Assembly: GCA_964016885.1 (NCBI GenBank) | Contig: OZ024742.1 | Coordinates: 234,546,001-234,610,000, forward strand | Source of the DNA: Eledone cirrhosa | Taxonomy: Eukaryota | DNA: 64,000 nt | Direction of reading: 5' to 3' | Shown: positions 1-13,329 of the stretch, piece by piece | How the letters are laid out: each line of letters begins with the position of its first letter | Position numbering within the stretch: the first letter of the stretch is position 1 | Translations under genes and position numbers: made by a program | Notes under the pieces: model-generated | Databases searched by the model: none | What the model saw: the letters and a program-made list of their open reading frames with translations, nothing else | Told to the model about the DNA's origin: nothing

Positions 1-220
1 CTTTTTTGAGAATGTCTTTATTAATGTAGTTTCATATGGTACAGGGCACTAAGAGTTAATCCTGTCTTTCTCTGATTGAATATAATGTAAATGTTGGAAA
101 GCAGAGTGAACAGAACAGATTTCATTTGAGCTAAAAAAACTAAGTTGTCTTTTGAGACTTTAGAACTTTTATCTGTTAGCCAACTGCATGTAGTTATGTA
201 AATTGATGGAGAAAGGGATG

Positions 221-260
<40 letters not shown>

Positions 261-349
261 GGAGAGTGCATGGAGATTGATTGATTAATTGATTACAAAT
301 GTAACTGCAATATATTGTTAACATTTTTCTTTTTTTAAATTATTTACAG

Positions 350-488
350 CTGGTTTGGGTCGGACAGGAACCCTAATAGCATGCTACATCATAAAACATT
401 ACAGATTTACTGCAGCAGAAGCTATAGCATGGCTACGGATATGTCGACCAGGCTCTGTTATAGGGCCCCAGCAGAATTTCCTGATTGA
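350..488 (+). CDS. CDC14: CDC14-family dual-specificity phosphatase, exon with the 3' half of the catalytic motif
   Basis: tttacag acceptor and gtaagt donor. The 139 nt translate to (A)[45 protein letters not shown](E), the CDC14 sequence that follows HCK. The catalytic Cys lies in an upstream exon outside the window. Confidence 0.96.
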
Positions 489-2319
489 GTAAGTTGTCAA
501 TATAGATTACTCTCGGGTCCCAAATAATAGAGGAGGTTGGAATAGGCTGGGAGTTGGATCAATAATGTTTCAAGGTTATCTCCCTTGATTTTTTATTTTA
601 AACCAGAATTAGTCCTTTAGAGCCCAATCCATCCTATTTATTTTATAATGAATGAGATCTCTTGTAAGGTTTTTTTTTTGTCATGTATAATGTATTTTAA
701 TATCTAAAGAAAATTAATTATCGCAGGAATACTACCACTTAAAATAAAATTTCACCGGAGATAGATTAACAAAATTTAATAAGCAGGGTGGGGAGTGGGG
801 GGTAAGAGTAGGGGTGGAAAAATCTGAAAAATTAAAATACTGGCCTTATGGTTTTATCTTTTTGTATGCTACCGTGTGAGTATATGGGTTCATTGTGTGT
901 GTATGTTTGCATGTGTGTGGTAGGCTATATGTGTAAGAGGAATGTGTGTATGTGGATTGTTGATTTTGTTATTTAACTCCTGATCAAGCAAACTTTTAAC
1001 AAAAGTGTTCCATTTATGACCATTCTGTTGGGTCTGTATATCAGGAGCTTCATTGTCTAATGTGCCCTTTTTAAAAAAAATCAACAGTAGAGTATAAGGG
1101 AGATTTGGTTGTTATTTCTAATGTTCTGTTAGAAATAACTACATCTTTCTCTAATCAGATTCTACAATCTGTACGTTTGTGTAAGCTGTATGCAGAAGTT
1201 GGGTATGTGTTGTGTTAGAATATGAATGCATATGGACTATATGTTTATAGGGGTTGCATGTGTGTGTATGTGTATGTCTATGAGTTGCATGTGTGTGTAT
1301 GTGTGTTGCATGTGTGTGTATGCATGTGGATTGTGTGCATGTGTGTATGTATATTGCATGTGTATGTGTGTGTGTATGTATGTGTCGCATGTGTGTGGGG
1401 AGTCCTAGGTCAGTCCTGATGAAGCAGTGCCATTCTAATATTCAGTGATGGATGGGTTTTTTTATGTCAGAAAAGGAAAATCAGTGGCCATGACTCTCTT
1501 CAAGAGCTCCAAGATTAGTTGGGGAATGGGAAGAAGGATGATGTCTTCAAATTAGAAACCTTGCTTGAATGCTTGCAAGAGAATGGACTTTGCTAGAGGG
1601 ACTCATGAGCCAGGTGCTAGTGTCAAACTGGGTGACAAATTAAGTCTACCATCCAAGTAAATCACAGTGGGAATGAGAAGAGCTTGAATAAATACCATAA
1701 GGCAACTCATCTGATGCTCTATCAATTCTACTGTTATGCCACCCTTGGACTGGTATTTTATTATATTAATTATAATCAAAGGTTTTTAGACAAACATAAA
1801 CACTTTAAAACCAACATATCTGTATCATAGAACCAGGGGTGGTTTTAGGTGGGTTGTTGTCAAAAGGGTTAATCATGTAATACCAGTTATTTGCACCCTG
1901 AATTAGACATACAAGTTCTGTCAACAAAGTACCTGTCTTTATTTTTTTCCTCTGTGGTTAATAATGACATAAAGGAGATAAACGTGAGCAGAATAGTATT
2001 GCATACACTCATGCACATGTATGATATTTGAGCTTGCTGGATATATTAGTTGTCAGATAGCCAACATGTGATGTGCTGTAATACTTATTCATTGCATTTT
2101 CATTTCACTCAATACTACCTACAAAGATCCTGAGTTCCTGAAAAACTTTGATAACTGGAAATGAAATGTAGGTGCATGGGTACGTCCCAGTTACCAAAGC
2201 TTAATCATTATGGAAGCATCCAATGTTGCCAGACCCAAATCAGCATGTCAGGGGCAGAGTGAAATCAAGAGGATGCTGTGTTTTGGTGTGAGGGTGAAGG
2301 GGTTGCTATCAAAGTGCAC

Positions 2320-2736
2320 TAGAAAGACAAACAGTTACAAAGAAATACTATCAGAAAGTTCTCTGACATCTTCATGATGCAGTTCAGCACAAGATTTATG
2401 GGCTTCATAAAACTGGTAACTGCATCATGACAACATCCAAGCTCATCTCCCACAACTGATCTAAGGTTTCTTGGCAAAGAAAGGCTTCTACTCTCCAGAC
2501 ATGGAGATGCCACTGAAAGGCTCCCTCTTTGAGAGCTGAAAGGACAACATGCAGACTGTGATGCCAGAGTTGAGAGGCCATTCCAGAAGAAGCATTCCAG
2601 ACATGCTTCAAATAATGGAAGGATCACTAGGCTAAGTGTGTGGAGACACAAGAGGCCTACATTAATTAGCAATTGAACTCTATCAAGTACATTTTTTTTT
2701 TTGTAGCCTGAATTCAGATACCTTTTCAACACAGAC
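2320..2736 (+). mobile_element. Degenerate mariner transposase, C-terminal fragment
   Basis: Pieces translate to LHHDNIQAH, YSPDM and AIPEEAFQTCFK*WKDH*AKCVETQEAY, matching mariner HDNA, YSPDL and C-terminal motifs. Many stops and deletions. Confidence 0.75.
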
Positions 2737-4069
2737 ATTGTAGACACACTATAAATGTTCTGATAAGACATGCAGAATATGGTATTACTTTTACAAAACA
2801 TCTGAAATTAATTAAGCATTTTACCACACAGTGTAATGGATGTGTAAATTTCGTGTTTTTGAGAAAAATTATTTGGGTCAAAAACCAAGTTAATGAGAGT
2901 GGATGATAAGAAATGTTTATTAACCAAGTTCCTCAACTGAACTGCTACAATGTAATTGTTCATAAAATTCCTATCATTGTTGAAACTACATGGGATGGTC
3001 ATAGCTATAATATTAGTCTACTGAAGCAAAGCTGCCTTAGGGGTAGCTGGTCGTAATCACCACCATCTTCAACATTATTCTAATTGAGTCAACAAAGGAG
3101 CCTTTACATGATTGTTCAACCTGTTAGAAGCAGCAACCAAATCTCCCTCAAATTACAACATTTTAGATAAATGATATATTGAAGTCTGTAGATCCTGATA
3201 TATAAAAAAGATATAATTGTCATTGCTGGACTGCTTTTGATCATAGATCTGTTCAATCAGAGCTGACCTGGGGCTAAACAACAACATCAAATCATCTTCA
3301 TTAACATCATAACCATCATCTTCTTCATCATCATCATCATCATCATCATGAGCAACACTTTGGAAATATTTAAATTTGTAATGTAATATGGAAAAAAAAA
3401 ATATTTAACAATCAAAATTAATTAACCTACAATTACAAATCTAATTAAAACTATATTTCCTCAAACTGTAATTTCATTCTATTTTTTGCTCATCAACACT
3501 TTGATTTTATTTTTTGGTGCAAAGTTGCATATCATACATAATGACATGTACACTCATACATATTCACATGTACATATTGATATCCATACATATACAGATA
3601 CCAACTCCACAAATGTATATTTTTATTCATACCCACTCATAGTTGCACACATTTACACACATATTTATACCCTCACATATTCACATACAATCAATCTACA
3701 ATCGGTGTGAGTGGTAGTGATAAATGAAGTAGTAGAGCTGCAAAGAAAGTTCCAAGTCAAGAAGAATGGTCTAGAACCCAAAAGAAGGGAAAGACTAAAA
3801 TGTTAGTTAGTAACATAAAACACAAAATATCAGGGCTATCTAGGAAATGGACGTGCTTGATATGTAAGAAAGAGGTAGGTAGGAACCTAATACTGCATTC
3901 AGTACTAGTAATGGGGGCATGTACAGAAAAATGCAGTGGAATACTTGGCAGGTCAACATAAAAAAATAAGACAACTCTTTTATTATCCTATTTTTGTTGA
4001 AAACCACTAGAGGGATTGTATAATAACTTTCTCATTGTTATGCTGGTGTTGACATAAAAATATTATGGA

Positions 4070-4420
4070 AGGTTTTTAGATAAATACACACACTTCAAAT
4101 TAAAATAGTTTGGTACCAGAAGATGGTTTTTGACATGCACTTGATAGGTTTGATGCTGAATGCTGCATGGTTGGAATGAAAATCAGTGCTGCGAAAACTG
4201 AGACACTCATCCTGTCAAGGATCGTGAATACAAGTGGCTAAAATGGGATTTCTTGGAAGGGTCTTAGGAATAATGACACTTGATAAAGTGTGTAACTCGG
4301 AAATCAGTGAGTCACTCCAAGTAGAGCCTCTATTTCTCTGAATTGAGAGATCACAGCTCCGATACTATGGGCATGTGTTTAAAATGTCTTAGGAAAGAAC
4401 CACTGGACAGATATTACTAT
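4070..4420 (+). mobile_element. Old RTE-clade (Expander/Rex3-like) LINE fragment
   Basis: Translated pieces LDRFDAECCMVGMKISAAKTETLILSR and VEPLFL*IERSQLRYYGHV. Confidence 0.65.
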
Positions 4421-4947
4421 TACACATCCATCAGAGCATGCAAGCTTAGTTTCCTTCCAATCTTTGCAAGTCCTCTGCACATAGCTCCCATGTCTCACTA
4501 ACATGCAACATTGTTGTTCGTATGCATGCATCATACAGTCTGTCTTTCATTTTGAGTGGAAAGCCTTTTGTAGCTAACAGTGGTAGTAGCTCCCTGAGTC
4601 TTCCATCCCCTTGTCACCCTGGGTACTGTATTTTTGGAACACCCACCCCAACTGCTAATTTGGTCACCCAGGTAGCAGAAGCTGTCTACTGCTTCTACTG
4701 AACCTTTGATAATACTTATTCCTGTCATTATTTGCTGCATACTGCTCCAGTGCAACAGCTACACATAAAACATCTGTTGTGTACCCATAGTTTGCATTTG
4801 GGACAAAGGATGGAATTTCTACCTACTCCTTTCCTACACAATGAGGAAGGCCATTTCCTGGAGGGGATCAGGGCTCTGTTTTCTCTTCTACTTACTAGGA
4901 CATTAGCCTTTGCCAGGTTGACTTTAAAACCCTTTGATTCTCGGTCT
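4421..4947 (-). mobile_element. RTE LINE internal fragment of the PHD-containing family
   Basis: Reverse complement resembles 6720-7290 (e.g. VEAVDSFCYLGDQISS). Frameshifted. Confidence 0.85.
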
Positions 4948-5120
4948 TAGTTGCAGATTTATGTATTACCAAAACAGAAGTCAACCGAGCTTTTGATTCC
5001 AGAGTTGGCCCCAATCGATATAGATCGAGCCTTGAGCTGATCAATCGCGCAACACACATCACATTTCAATAAATGTAATGAAGATCTAACACCTCATCCT
5101 TTTTATTATTATTATATATA

Positions 5121-5459
5121 CTAGTAGAAAAACCACCCTTCGGGTGGTTTTCTGATGGCATGTGTAGTGTGTATATTGATATTATACGCAAGTATATATG
5201 CATGTAGATATGATCAAATAAAATCATAATTGACAATATACACAGAAATTGAACGAAGACTGTGTTACACTCTCTTATGTAATCAGTAACGTAATCCATG
5301 ATACATTAAAAAAGATGACATTATATATAAACTGCATTAGGAGAAAATTAGTGGCGGAAATATATGAATGTTTATTTAAGCGATCGCTAACTGGAAGTGT
5401 TGACATTTGAAAATTTTAAAGAAGGGAATCTTTAAATAAGTAATAAAATATATTTAATG
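5121..5459 (-). mobile_element. Helitron 3' terminal fragment
   Basis: On the minus strand the hairpin aaaaccaccc-gaa-gggtggtttt is followed a few nt later by CTAG|T (CTAG at 5121-5124). The 5' extent is uncertain and is cut by the RTE. Confidence 0.6.
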
Positions 5460-5460
5460 A

Positions 5461-7948
5461 TCTGAAAGCAAACCTGCTGTTGGCGACAGACGAAGTCTGT
5501 GGCTGGAGCAGGCCTGTAGGCAGGAGGAGAGTAACATGGTGGTGGAACAGTAAGGTGGAGGGGTCAATTAAGGCCAAAAAGCAGGCTTGGAAAGTATGGC
5601 GGGATGGGGGAAGTAGAGTAGACTATCAAGTGGCCAGGAGGGAAGCTAGGAGAGAAGTGTACTTAGCAAGAAGGGAAGCTGAGGAAAGAAAGTTCAAGCA
5701 TGTTCTACAACGCGATGACCAAAAACGTGAGGTGTTCAGGATTGCTAGGCAATGCGTCAAGGAAAACCGTGATATTGTCGGGGAGAAGTGTGTACTTAAC
5801 GATGATGGCATACTTGCCATCACCGACACTGATAAGAAGGTAGCTTGGAAGTGTCACTATGAAAGGCTACTAAATGAGGAGAATAAATGGGAGAAAGACA
5901 GTCTCCCCCATATCAACCCAATAGAGGGACCAGCAGTGTTAGTCGAGGGGAGTATAATAAGTAAGGCAATCAAGGATATGAAGACGGGTAAGGCGGCTGG
6001 GCCTTCGGAAATAGTTGCTGAGATGCTGAAGGCATCTGGCACGGTGGGACACACCATGGTCACCCGCATAGTTAACCAAGTCGTACAGAATGGGGTTGTT
6101 CCGAAGGACTGGCATAGCAGCATCATCGTTAACTGTTATAAGGGTAAAGGAGACGCCCTAGATAGGAGTAACTATAGAGGCATTAAATTAATCGACCAGG
6201 TCATGAAGGTCACGGAAAAAGTAATAGCACAACTAATCAGAGAGAGAATTGACCTAGATGAAATGCAGTTCGGGTTTGTGTCAGGCAAAAGCACCACAGA
6301 CGCTCTTTTCATAGTACGACAACTACAGGAGAAGTACCTAGCTAAAGGTAAACCCCTCTACTTAGCTTTTGTCGACCTGAAGAAAGCCTTCGACAGAGTC
6401 CCCCGCTCCATTATCTGGTGGGCTCTTAGAAAACTAGGCGTTGACGAATGGCTTGTGAGGGCTATACAAGCCATGTATAAAGAAACAGTCAGCAAGGTTA
6501 GAATTAACAACGAATATAGTGAAGAGTTTAGCGTAAAAGTTGGCGTCCATCAGGGCTCTGTTCTCAGCCCCCTACTATTTATTATTGCCCTTCAGGCTAT
6601 AACAGAGGAGTTCAAGACAGGCTGCCCATGGGAACTCCTATACGCAGACGACCTGACACTCATAGCGGAATCAATGGCCGAGCTAGAGAAGAAATTCCAA
6701 ACATGGAAGCACGGCCTAGAGTCAAAAGGACTTAAAATTAACCTGGCTAAGACCAAAGTTCTAGTTTGTAGGAAAGAAAACAAGGCGGCGGTCCCTTAAA
6801 GGAAATGGTCGTGCTCGGTGTGTAGGAAAGGCGTAGGTAGAAACTCCATTTTATGTCCTAAATGCAAAGTATGGGTGCATAAAAGATGTAGTGGGATCAC
6901 AGGTAAGCTAACTAAGAACATAGATTTTACATGTGGCCGGTGTTCTGGTGCAATAAGTAGCAGCAAGTGCCCACAAAATACTAGCTCTTTCAATTGCGCA
7001 GAGGGTTCTATAGAAATAGTGGACAGCTTCCGTTACCTGGGCGATAAAATCAGCAGTGGGGGAGGGTGCTCTGAAAGTACTGTAGCTAGAGTCAGAACTG
7101 GTTGGAAAAAGTTCAGAGAGCTTATACCACTATTAGCTGCTAAAGGGTTCTCCCTAAAAATGAAAGGCAGGTTGTACGATGCCTGCATACGAACAGCAAT
7201 GTTGCATGGCAGTGAGACCTGGGCATTGTGTGCAGAGGATATACGCAGACTAGAGAGGAACGAAGCTTGCATGCTCCGCTGGATGTGTAACAGTAATATA
7301 CGTGAACGGCAAAGCATAAACGAACTAAGGAAAAAATTAGAGATAAGAGGGATCAGATGTTGTTTACTCGAGAGAAGGCTGCGTTGGTATGGACACGTGA
7401 TGCGCATGAAAGTCGATAGCTGTATAACAAAGTGCAGGGCAATAAAGATAGACGGTAGCCACGGAATAGGCAGACCTAGAAAAACCTGGGATGAGCTGAT
7501 AAACTCCGGCCTCACACACTTACACCTCTCCAAGACAATGTCACTGGACCGAGACCTTTGGCGGTACTCAGTAACAGAGAAGACTCGCCTTGCCAGTAGG
7601 CATCTCTAACAAAATACACCCCCCCCCCATCCACACCACCCCGTTCTATGTAAAGTTATGTTGGTGCCGCGCCATCCAGGCCGAAACAAATGAGATCGTG
7701 TAGGTGTCACGACAAAAAAACACACAGTCCACGCTGTAATGTGGCCGTGTAGGCAACACGGTAAAAACCTCCCAGACCCACACTGTAAATGTGGTTGGTG
7801 TTAGGAAGGGCATCCAACTGTAGAAAACCTGCCAGACAGTCCTATGCGAGCAAGACAATCACTCTTGCCTCAAGTGGGACTACCCCCGTCCAAACCCATG
7901 CAAGCGTGGAACACGGACGTTAAACGTTGATGATGATGATGACGATGA
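5461..7948 (+). mobile_element. 5'-truncated RTE LINE with a near-intact RT ORF and internal PHD-type finger
   Basis: ORFs 5480-6799 and 6818-7609 are in the same frame, split by one TAA. RT motifs NYRGIKL, QFGF, FVDLKKAFD, GVHQGSVLSP, LLYADDL, FRYLG, then RRLRWYGHV and GRPRKTW. (GAT)n tail at ~7928-7948. Confidence 0.95.
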
Positions 7949-8381
7949 ACAGCTTCGAAATTTAGTAGATAAATTATGTAATATTCCTTCATTATTTATT
8001 CAAAGTAATCCAACTTATTTTACAAATGAGATAAAAATATATTCTGGATGCAGTCCCGCACTCCTTACTTTATTATAGTTTAGATATGTGTGTGTATATA
8101 TACATGTGTGTGTGTGTGTGTATATATATATGTGTGTCTGTTGTGTGTGAGTGTGTATTTTTATATATGTATATATGTTGACCAAATTTTGGACAATCAC
8201 CAACCTATATCCTAGAGTCTACATATCACCTGCTTTATGAAATTCTGTCTGATGTTAGATTGCATAACACATTTAATGCCTCTGATATGTACATGACAAT
8301 TGTCATTTAATAAAGTGTAGTATGGAAGTGTAGAATCATGTCTTCATATTTATTCAAACACACACACACACACGCACACGC

Positions 8382-8434
<53 letters not shown>

Positions 8435-8484
8435 TGGATACAGATATATCTTATTCTTTTCTTTTTCATTGTTTTCTCTTTTAG

Positions 8485-8686
8485 AAAGCAGTCTTGTTTG
8501 AGGTTACAAGGAGAATTATATCGTAGTAAAGTGAAAGATTATGACAAAGTTTATGAAAATAATTGTGTCTCGAAGATTATGTCCGCAGTTGATGGTATGA
8601 AGATACATGATGTTGGTATATCTAGTTTTGAGAATGATAAAAAGTCATTGGATGTCTATGAAGAAGATGATGAAAATGGAAATCAG
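8485..8686 (+). CDS. CDC14: CDC14 exon, start of the C-terminal region
   Basis: ttctcttttag acceptor and cag|gttagt donor, in phase with the previous exon. (E)KQSCLRLQGELYRSKVK...VSKIMSAVDGMKI resembles vertebrate CDC14A EKQASLWVQGDIFRSK...INKILSGLDDMSI. Confidence 0.9.
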
Positions 8687-10227
8687 GTTAGTTTTTTTTG
8701 TTTTTTTTTTTATCTTTGGGGTTTCAGCTGGAGTTTGCAGTGGTTTAGATCTGCTACTGTATAATGTGTTAGAAAATATTGGTTTCCTCTATCAACACAA
8801 AGCTTCACATTAGTGAGCAAAACATAACCAATTGTCTCAACCACAGCAAAGTATTTATTCTATCAACAGTATTTATTCTATCAACACCAGAGGAAATAAA
8901 AAGCAAATGGCCACCAACAAGATTTGAACTTGAAATCTATGAGGACAATCAAAAGTAAATACTACAGTATGACCAAATTAAATCCTTTTTAGGTACTAAG
9001 CACTTAAAAGATTATAGTCCCCATCATATATTAAGTTCACATTTTTTTTAATGACAAAATTAATTAATTTGAATCAAATGGTGCCCCTCTTTTCTTGAGG
9101 CCCTAAGAATATGCTTATTTTGTTTAATGATTAATCCAGCCCTGACTATAGAGCATTCAGTAAATAATTTTACCATTTCTGTTGCACCAACTCCTCTATT
9201 TGAAAATATTGTTAAAGTATATAAGATAGTCAAGCTAAATGTTTAATTTAGTATTTTGTGATTCTGAGTTGAATACTTACATATGTCAACATTGCCTTTT
9301 GTCATTAAGGAAGTTGTTAAAAACAAAAAAAACTACCAGTAAACCAAGTGGAGGTTAAATTAATCTATTTCACGGAGAAAAAAAATTGATTTTGGTCTCT
9401 GCAAAAAAATATACCAATATTTTCAGAAGTGCATAATAATAGAAGAACTAATTTGATATCTTCTTCCAATGTCGTATTTCTGATTTCAAATTTAGTCAAT
9501 GTAAACTTTGCTTCTTATCTTTCCATGGTTTATAAACATACTAATATTATCCTGGGGTACTGTAATTATTTAAAACATACATTTATGCCAAATAAAAAAA
9601 AAAAAACGAAAAGAAAGTGGAGGAAAAAAGAGCAAGAATTTTCAATATGAGTTTTTACAGTGGCTCTTTTAGTCATAGTACAATGATTACAAGACAATGT
9701 GTATGTGATAAACTATCTAAAATAAAACAGTAAAATTATTTGTGATTATTTAAAAAAATATTATTTTTCTATTTAAAAAAAAAACAGGTTATATCTAAAG
9801 ATAAAGAAATTTAAATTCATATCAAATAGTCTTAGAGGTCAGCCAGTAAATTGAACTCACTTTCCTCATTTCTCCTCAGATTAGATAGCACCACATGAGA
9901 GGTGAGAATTCACCTTTTCTTTGAGACATATGAAGTGGTGAATTGGCAGAATCATGAGATCATCAGATTAAATACCCCAATATTTATTCCAGCACTCTGT
10001 GTTCTAAGACCAAATCATGCAGAGCTCAACTTTGCCTTTATCATCGGATCATGGGTTGGGTATTGTTGGATTTGTTGAAGAATTAAATGGGTTTTTTTTC
10101 TGGCTCTGAATATGCTGAGTTAAAATCCCACCTCGTGTCTCTAGAAAAGTGCTGATGTTTCTGCCAGGAATAGTGACCAGCAGATAGTGTCATCAATGCA
10201 AAGAGCATTGGATATCTAGTTTACTTA

Positions 10228-12086
10228 GTAAACCAAGTCATACAGAATGGGGTTGTTCCGAAGGACTGGCGTAGCAGCATCATCATTACCTGTTACAAGG
10301 GTAAAGGAGACGCCCTAGATAGGAGTAACTATAGAGGGATTAAATTAATCGACCAGGTCATGAAGGTCACGGAAAAAGTAATAGTGCAACTAATCACAGA
10401 GAGAATTGATCTAGATGAAATGCAGTTCGGGTTTGTGTCAGGCAAAAGTACCACAGACGCTCTTTTCATTGTACGACAACTACAGGAGAAGTACCTAGCT
10501 AAAAGTAAACCCCTATACTTAGCCTTTGTTGACTTGGAGAAAGCCTTCGACAGAGTCCCCCGTTCCATTATCTGGTGGGCTCTTAGAAAACTAGGTGTTG
10601 ACGAATGGCTTGTGAGAGCTATACAAGCCATGTATAAAGAAACAGTGAGCAAGGTTAGAATTAACAACGAATATAGTGAAGAGTTTAGCGTAAAAGTTGG
10701 TGTCCATCAAGGCTCTGTTCTTAGCCCCCTACTATTCATTATTGCTCTTCAGGCTATAACAGAGGAGTTCAAGACCGGCTGCCCATGGGAACTCCTATAC
10801 GCAGATGACCTAACGCTCATAGCTGAATCAATGGCCGAGCTAGAGAAGAAATTCCAAACATGGAAGCACGGCCTAGAATCAAAAGGCCTTAAAATTAACA
10901 TGGCTATGACTAAAGTTCTAGTTTGTAGGAAAGAAAATAAGGCGCCGGTCCCTCCGGGAAATGGCCATGCTCAGTGTGTAGGAAAGGCGTAGGTAGAAAC
11001 TCCATTTTATGTCCCAAATGCAAAGTATGGGTGCATAAAAAATGTAGTGGGATCACAGGTAAGCTAACTAAGAACACAGATTTTACATGTGGCCGGTGCT
11101 CTGGTGCAATAAGTAGCAGCAAGTGCCCACAAAATACTAGCTCTTTCAACTGCGCAGAGGGTTCTATAGAAATAGTGGACAGCTTCCGTTACCTGGGTGA
11201 CAAAATCAGCAGGGTGCTCCGAAAGTACAGTAGCTAGAGTCAGAACTGGATGGAAAAAGTTCAGAGAGCTTATACCACTATTAGCCGCTAAAGGGTTCTC
11301 CCTAAAAGTGAAAGGCAGGTTGTATGATGCCTGCATACGAACAGCAATGTTGCATGGCAGTGAGACCTGGGCATTGTGTGCAGAGGATATACGCAGACTA
11401 GAGAGGAACGAAGCTTGCATGCTCTGCTGGATGTGTAATAGTAATATACGCGAACGGCAAAGCATAAACGAACTAAGGAAAAAATTAGAAATAAGAGGGA
11501 TCAGATGTTGTTTACTCGAGAGAAGGCTACGTTGGTATGGTCACGTGATGCGCATGAAAGACGACAGCTGTATAACAAAGTGCAGGGCAATAAAGATAGA
11601 TGGTAGCCACAGAGTAGGCAGACCCAGAAAAACCTGGGACGAGCTGATAAATTCTGACCTCACACACTTACACCTCTCCAAGACAATGTCACTGGACCGA
11701 GACCTTTGGCGGTACTCAGTAACAGAGAAGACCCGCCTTACCTAAATACAAAGTAAAACCTACTACAGTCAGTAGGCATCTCTAACAAAATACACCCCCG
11801 TCCCACCACCCCCACCCCATCCACACCGCCCCTTTCAATGTAAAGTTATGTTGGTGCCACAAAATCCAGGCCGAAACAAATGAGATCGTGTAGGTGTCAC
11901 GAAAAAAAACACACAGTTCACGCTGTAATGTGACCGTGTAGGCAACACAGTAAAAACGTCCCAGTCCCACACTGTAAATGTGGTTGGTGTTAGGAAGGGC
12001 ATCTAGCTGTAGAAAACCTGCCAGACAGTCCACGCTGTAATGTGGCCGTGTAGGCAACACGGTAAAAACCTCCCAGCCCCACACTG
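10228..12086 (+). mobile_element. Second RTE LINE copy (same family as 5461-7948), truncated at both ends
   Basis: High identity to 6070-7850. Frameshifts near 10955 and 11210. The 3' UTR has a tandem duplication and no (GAT)n tail. Confidence 0.95.
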
Positions 12087-12187
12087 ATAATCAGCTTCTT
12101 TCCTTTCTTGACATATGATCTGTTCAATCTTCCAGATGAATGTGTTAAATTATTATCGCTAGCAATAATGTTTTTATTCCTATCAAG

Positions 12188-12294
12188 AAATATTCTTCAA
12201 AGAGCAGAAGTAAGCTTAGTACTCAAGGTGATAAACTGAATCAAATAAAGGCTCAGCGCAAACATACTCGATCAACCACAACTGGTACTATTTC
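12188..12294 (+). CDS. CDC14: CDC14 exon with the TQGDKL motif
   Basis: KYSSKSRSKLSTQGDKLNQIKAQRKHTRSTTTGTI(S). TQGD-K-L is conserved in CDC14A/B. gtaagt donor at 12295. The acceptor tttttattcctatcaag was chosen for phase-0 fit and is less certain. Confidence 0.85.
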
Positions 12295-12792
12295 GTAAGT
12301 ATATTGAATTCATTTGGAGGAAAATATTTTGTTCACAGCATGATATCTCAACTAGTAGAATTTGACAAAACTTTCACAGTTTAATGTTAACTTTACTGTT
12401 CTTGTTACTATTAACATTGTTATGTTTAATCCGTTAAAATTGAGTAAGGGCATAACCTCTTTGTTGATTAAAATTTAACAAAAATGTTTTATCATTTTTA
12501 AACAAATTTTTATTCAATGTTGAATTATCTAAATGGTTTACTTCAAACCATTTTTGTTTACAGTTAATGATTGTTTTATTTTGATATTTTTTTAAAATTT
12601 AACTGAATTCGGAGTTACTTTTTGTAAACATCACATGAGTTATTGTTTACTGTTCTGGCATTTATTTGCCACTGCTTTCACTGCTATGGATTTTGTCTAA
12701 TGGTTAGGTGAAATGGAGGTGTCATTCCTTTACAGTGCACAGGTCTGATACCGTTTTTCTTTTCTTTTATATTTTGTTTGTTGTGTTACCAG

Positions 12793-13030
12793 TTCCAGTG
12801 AAATGAAACTTCATAAGCGGCCATCAAGCCAGTCATTCAGAACATTTGGTCTGAAGAATTCACATGGTTTTGTATCCCCGTTAAAGAACTCAAGAGTCGC
12901 TGCTGTCAATGCCAATAATTTGGTTAATTCGACAGCAGTCTCCTCATGCAGCACCACAAATAAACGACTGACCCGTTTATCAACACCAGCATCTCAGAAC
13001 CACAGTGCCAAAAGGTTGGTCAGATGTTAG
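12793..13030 (+). CDS. CDC14: CDC14 Ser/Thr/basic-rich exon; terminal if read through to TAG, internal if the donor after 13014 is used
   Basis: Long pyrimidine tract plus ccag acceptor, phase-2 compatible. Open frame SSEMKLHKRPSSQSF...FVSPLK...SAKRLVRC*. Candidate donor AAAG|gttggt at 13014/13015. Confidence 0.8.
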
Positions 13031-13329
13031 ACTTATCAAGTAAAACATTGGCCGTTTATTGTGTAAGCTTTCACTCCTTTGTTTACTGGGAACACACAAA
13101 TTGTTGCCAGAATTAGACAGCTTTATTCCTTTTGTGGTTGTCTCTGTCACTGTTAATTTTGGTACCTGGTGCATAATCGGAACATAAACCTCCAAACCTT
13201 ACCCAACAAGTAGATTTATTCCAATGCTTTTTTTCACATTGATGTAGCATGCTCCCCTTAGCTTGTTTCCCTTATGTTGTATGTGTTTTTATTTATTTTC
13301 ATTGCAATGTATTTTTTTTTTTTTTCTAG

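Noticed and set aside
890-1419. ORFs rich in H/T/Y/I/C/V here and throughout the window
   Set aside because: They are translations of (TA)n, (CA)n, (GA)n and (CAT)n microsatellites, with no splice or homology support.
1410-1440. CTGATGA at ~1416 and at ~58242
   Set aside because: No stem II-GAAA-stem III-NUH arrangement follows, so these are not hammerheads.
7033-7533. Long antisense ORFs over the RTE copies (also 22254-22802, 55993-57111)
   Set aside because: Shadow frames of RT coding sequence with no recognisable domain.
9788-9814. Possible phase-0 terminal exon VISKDKEI*
   Set aside because: The acceptor is preceded by a poly-A run rather than pyrimidines, and the conserved TQGDKL exon lies downstream.
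12136-12187. Alternative acceptors at 12135 and 12162
   Set aside because: Out of phase with the 8686 donor, or they lead to stops. They would require an unseen intervening exon.
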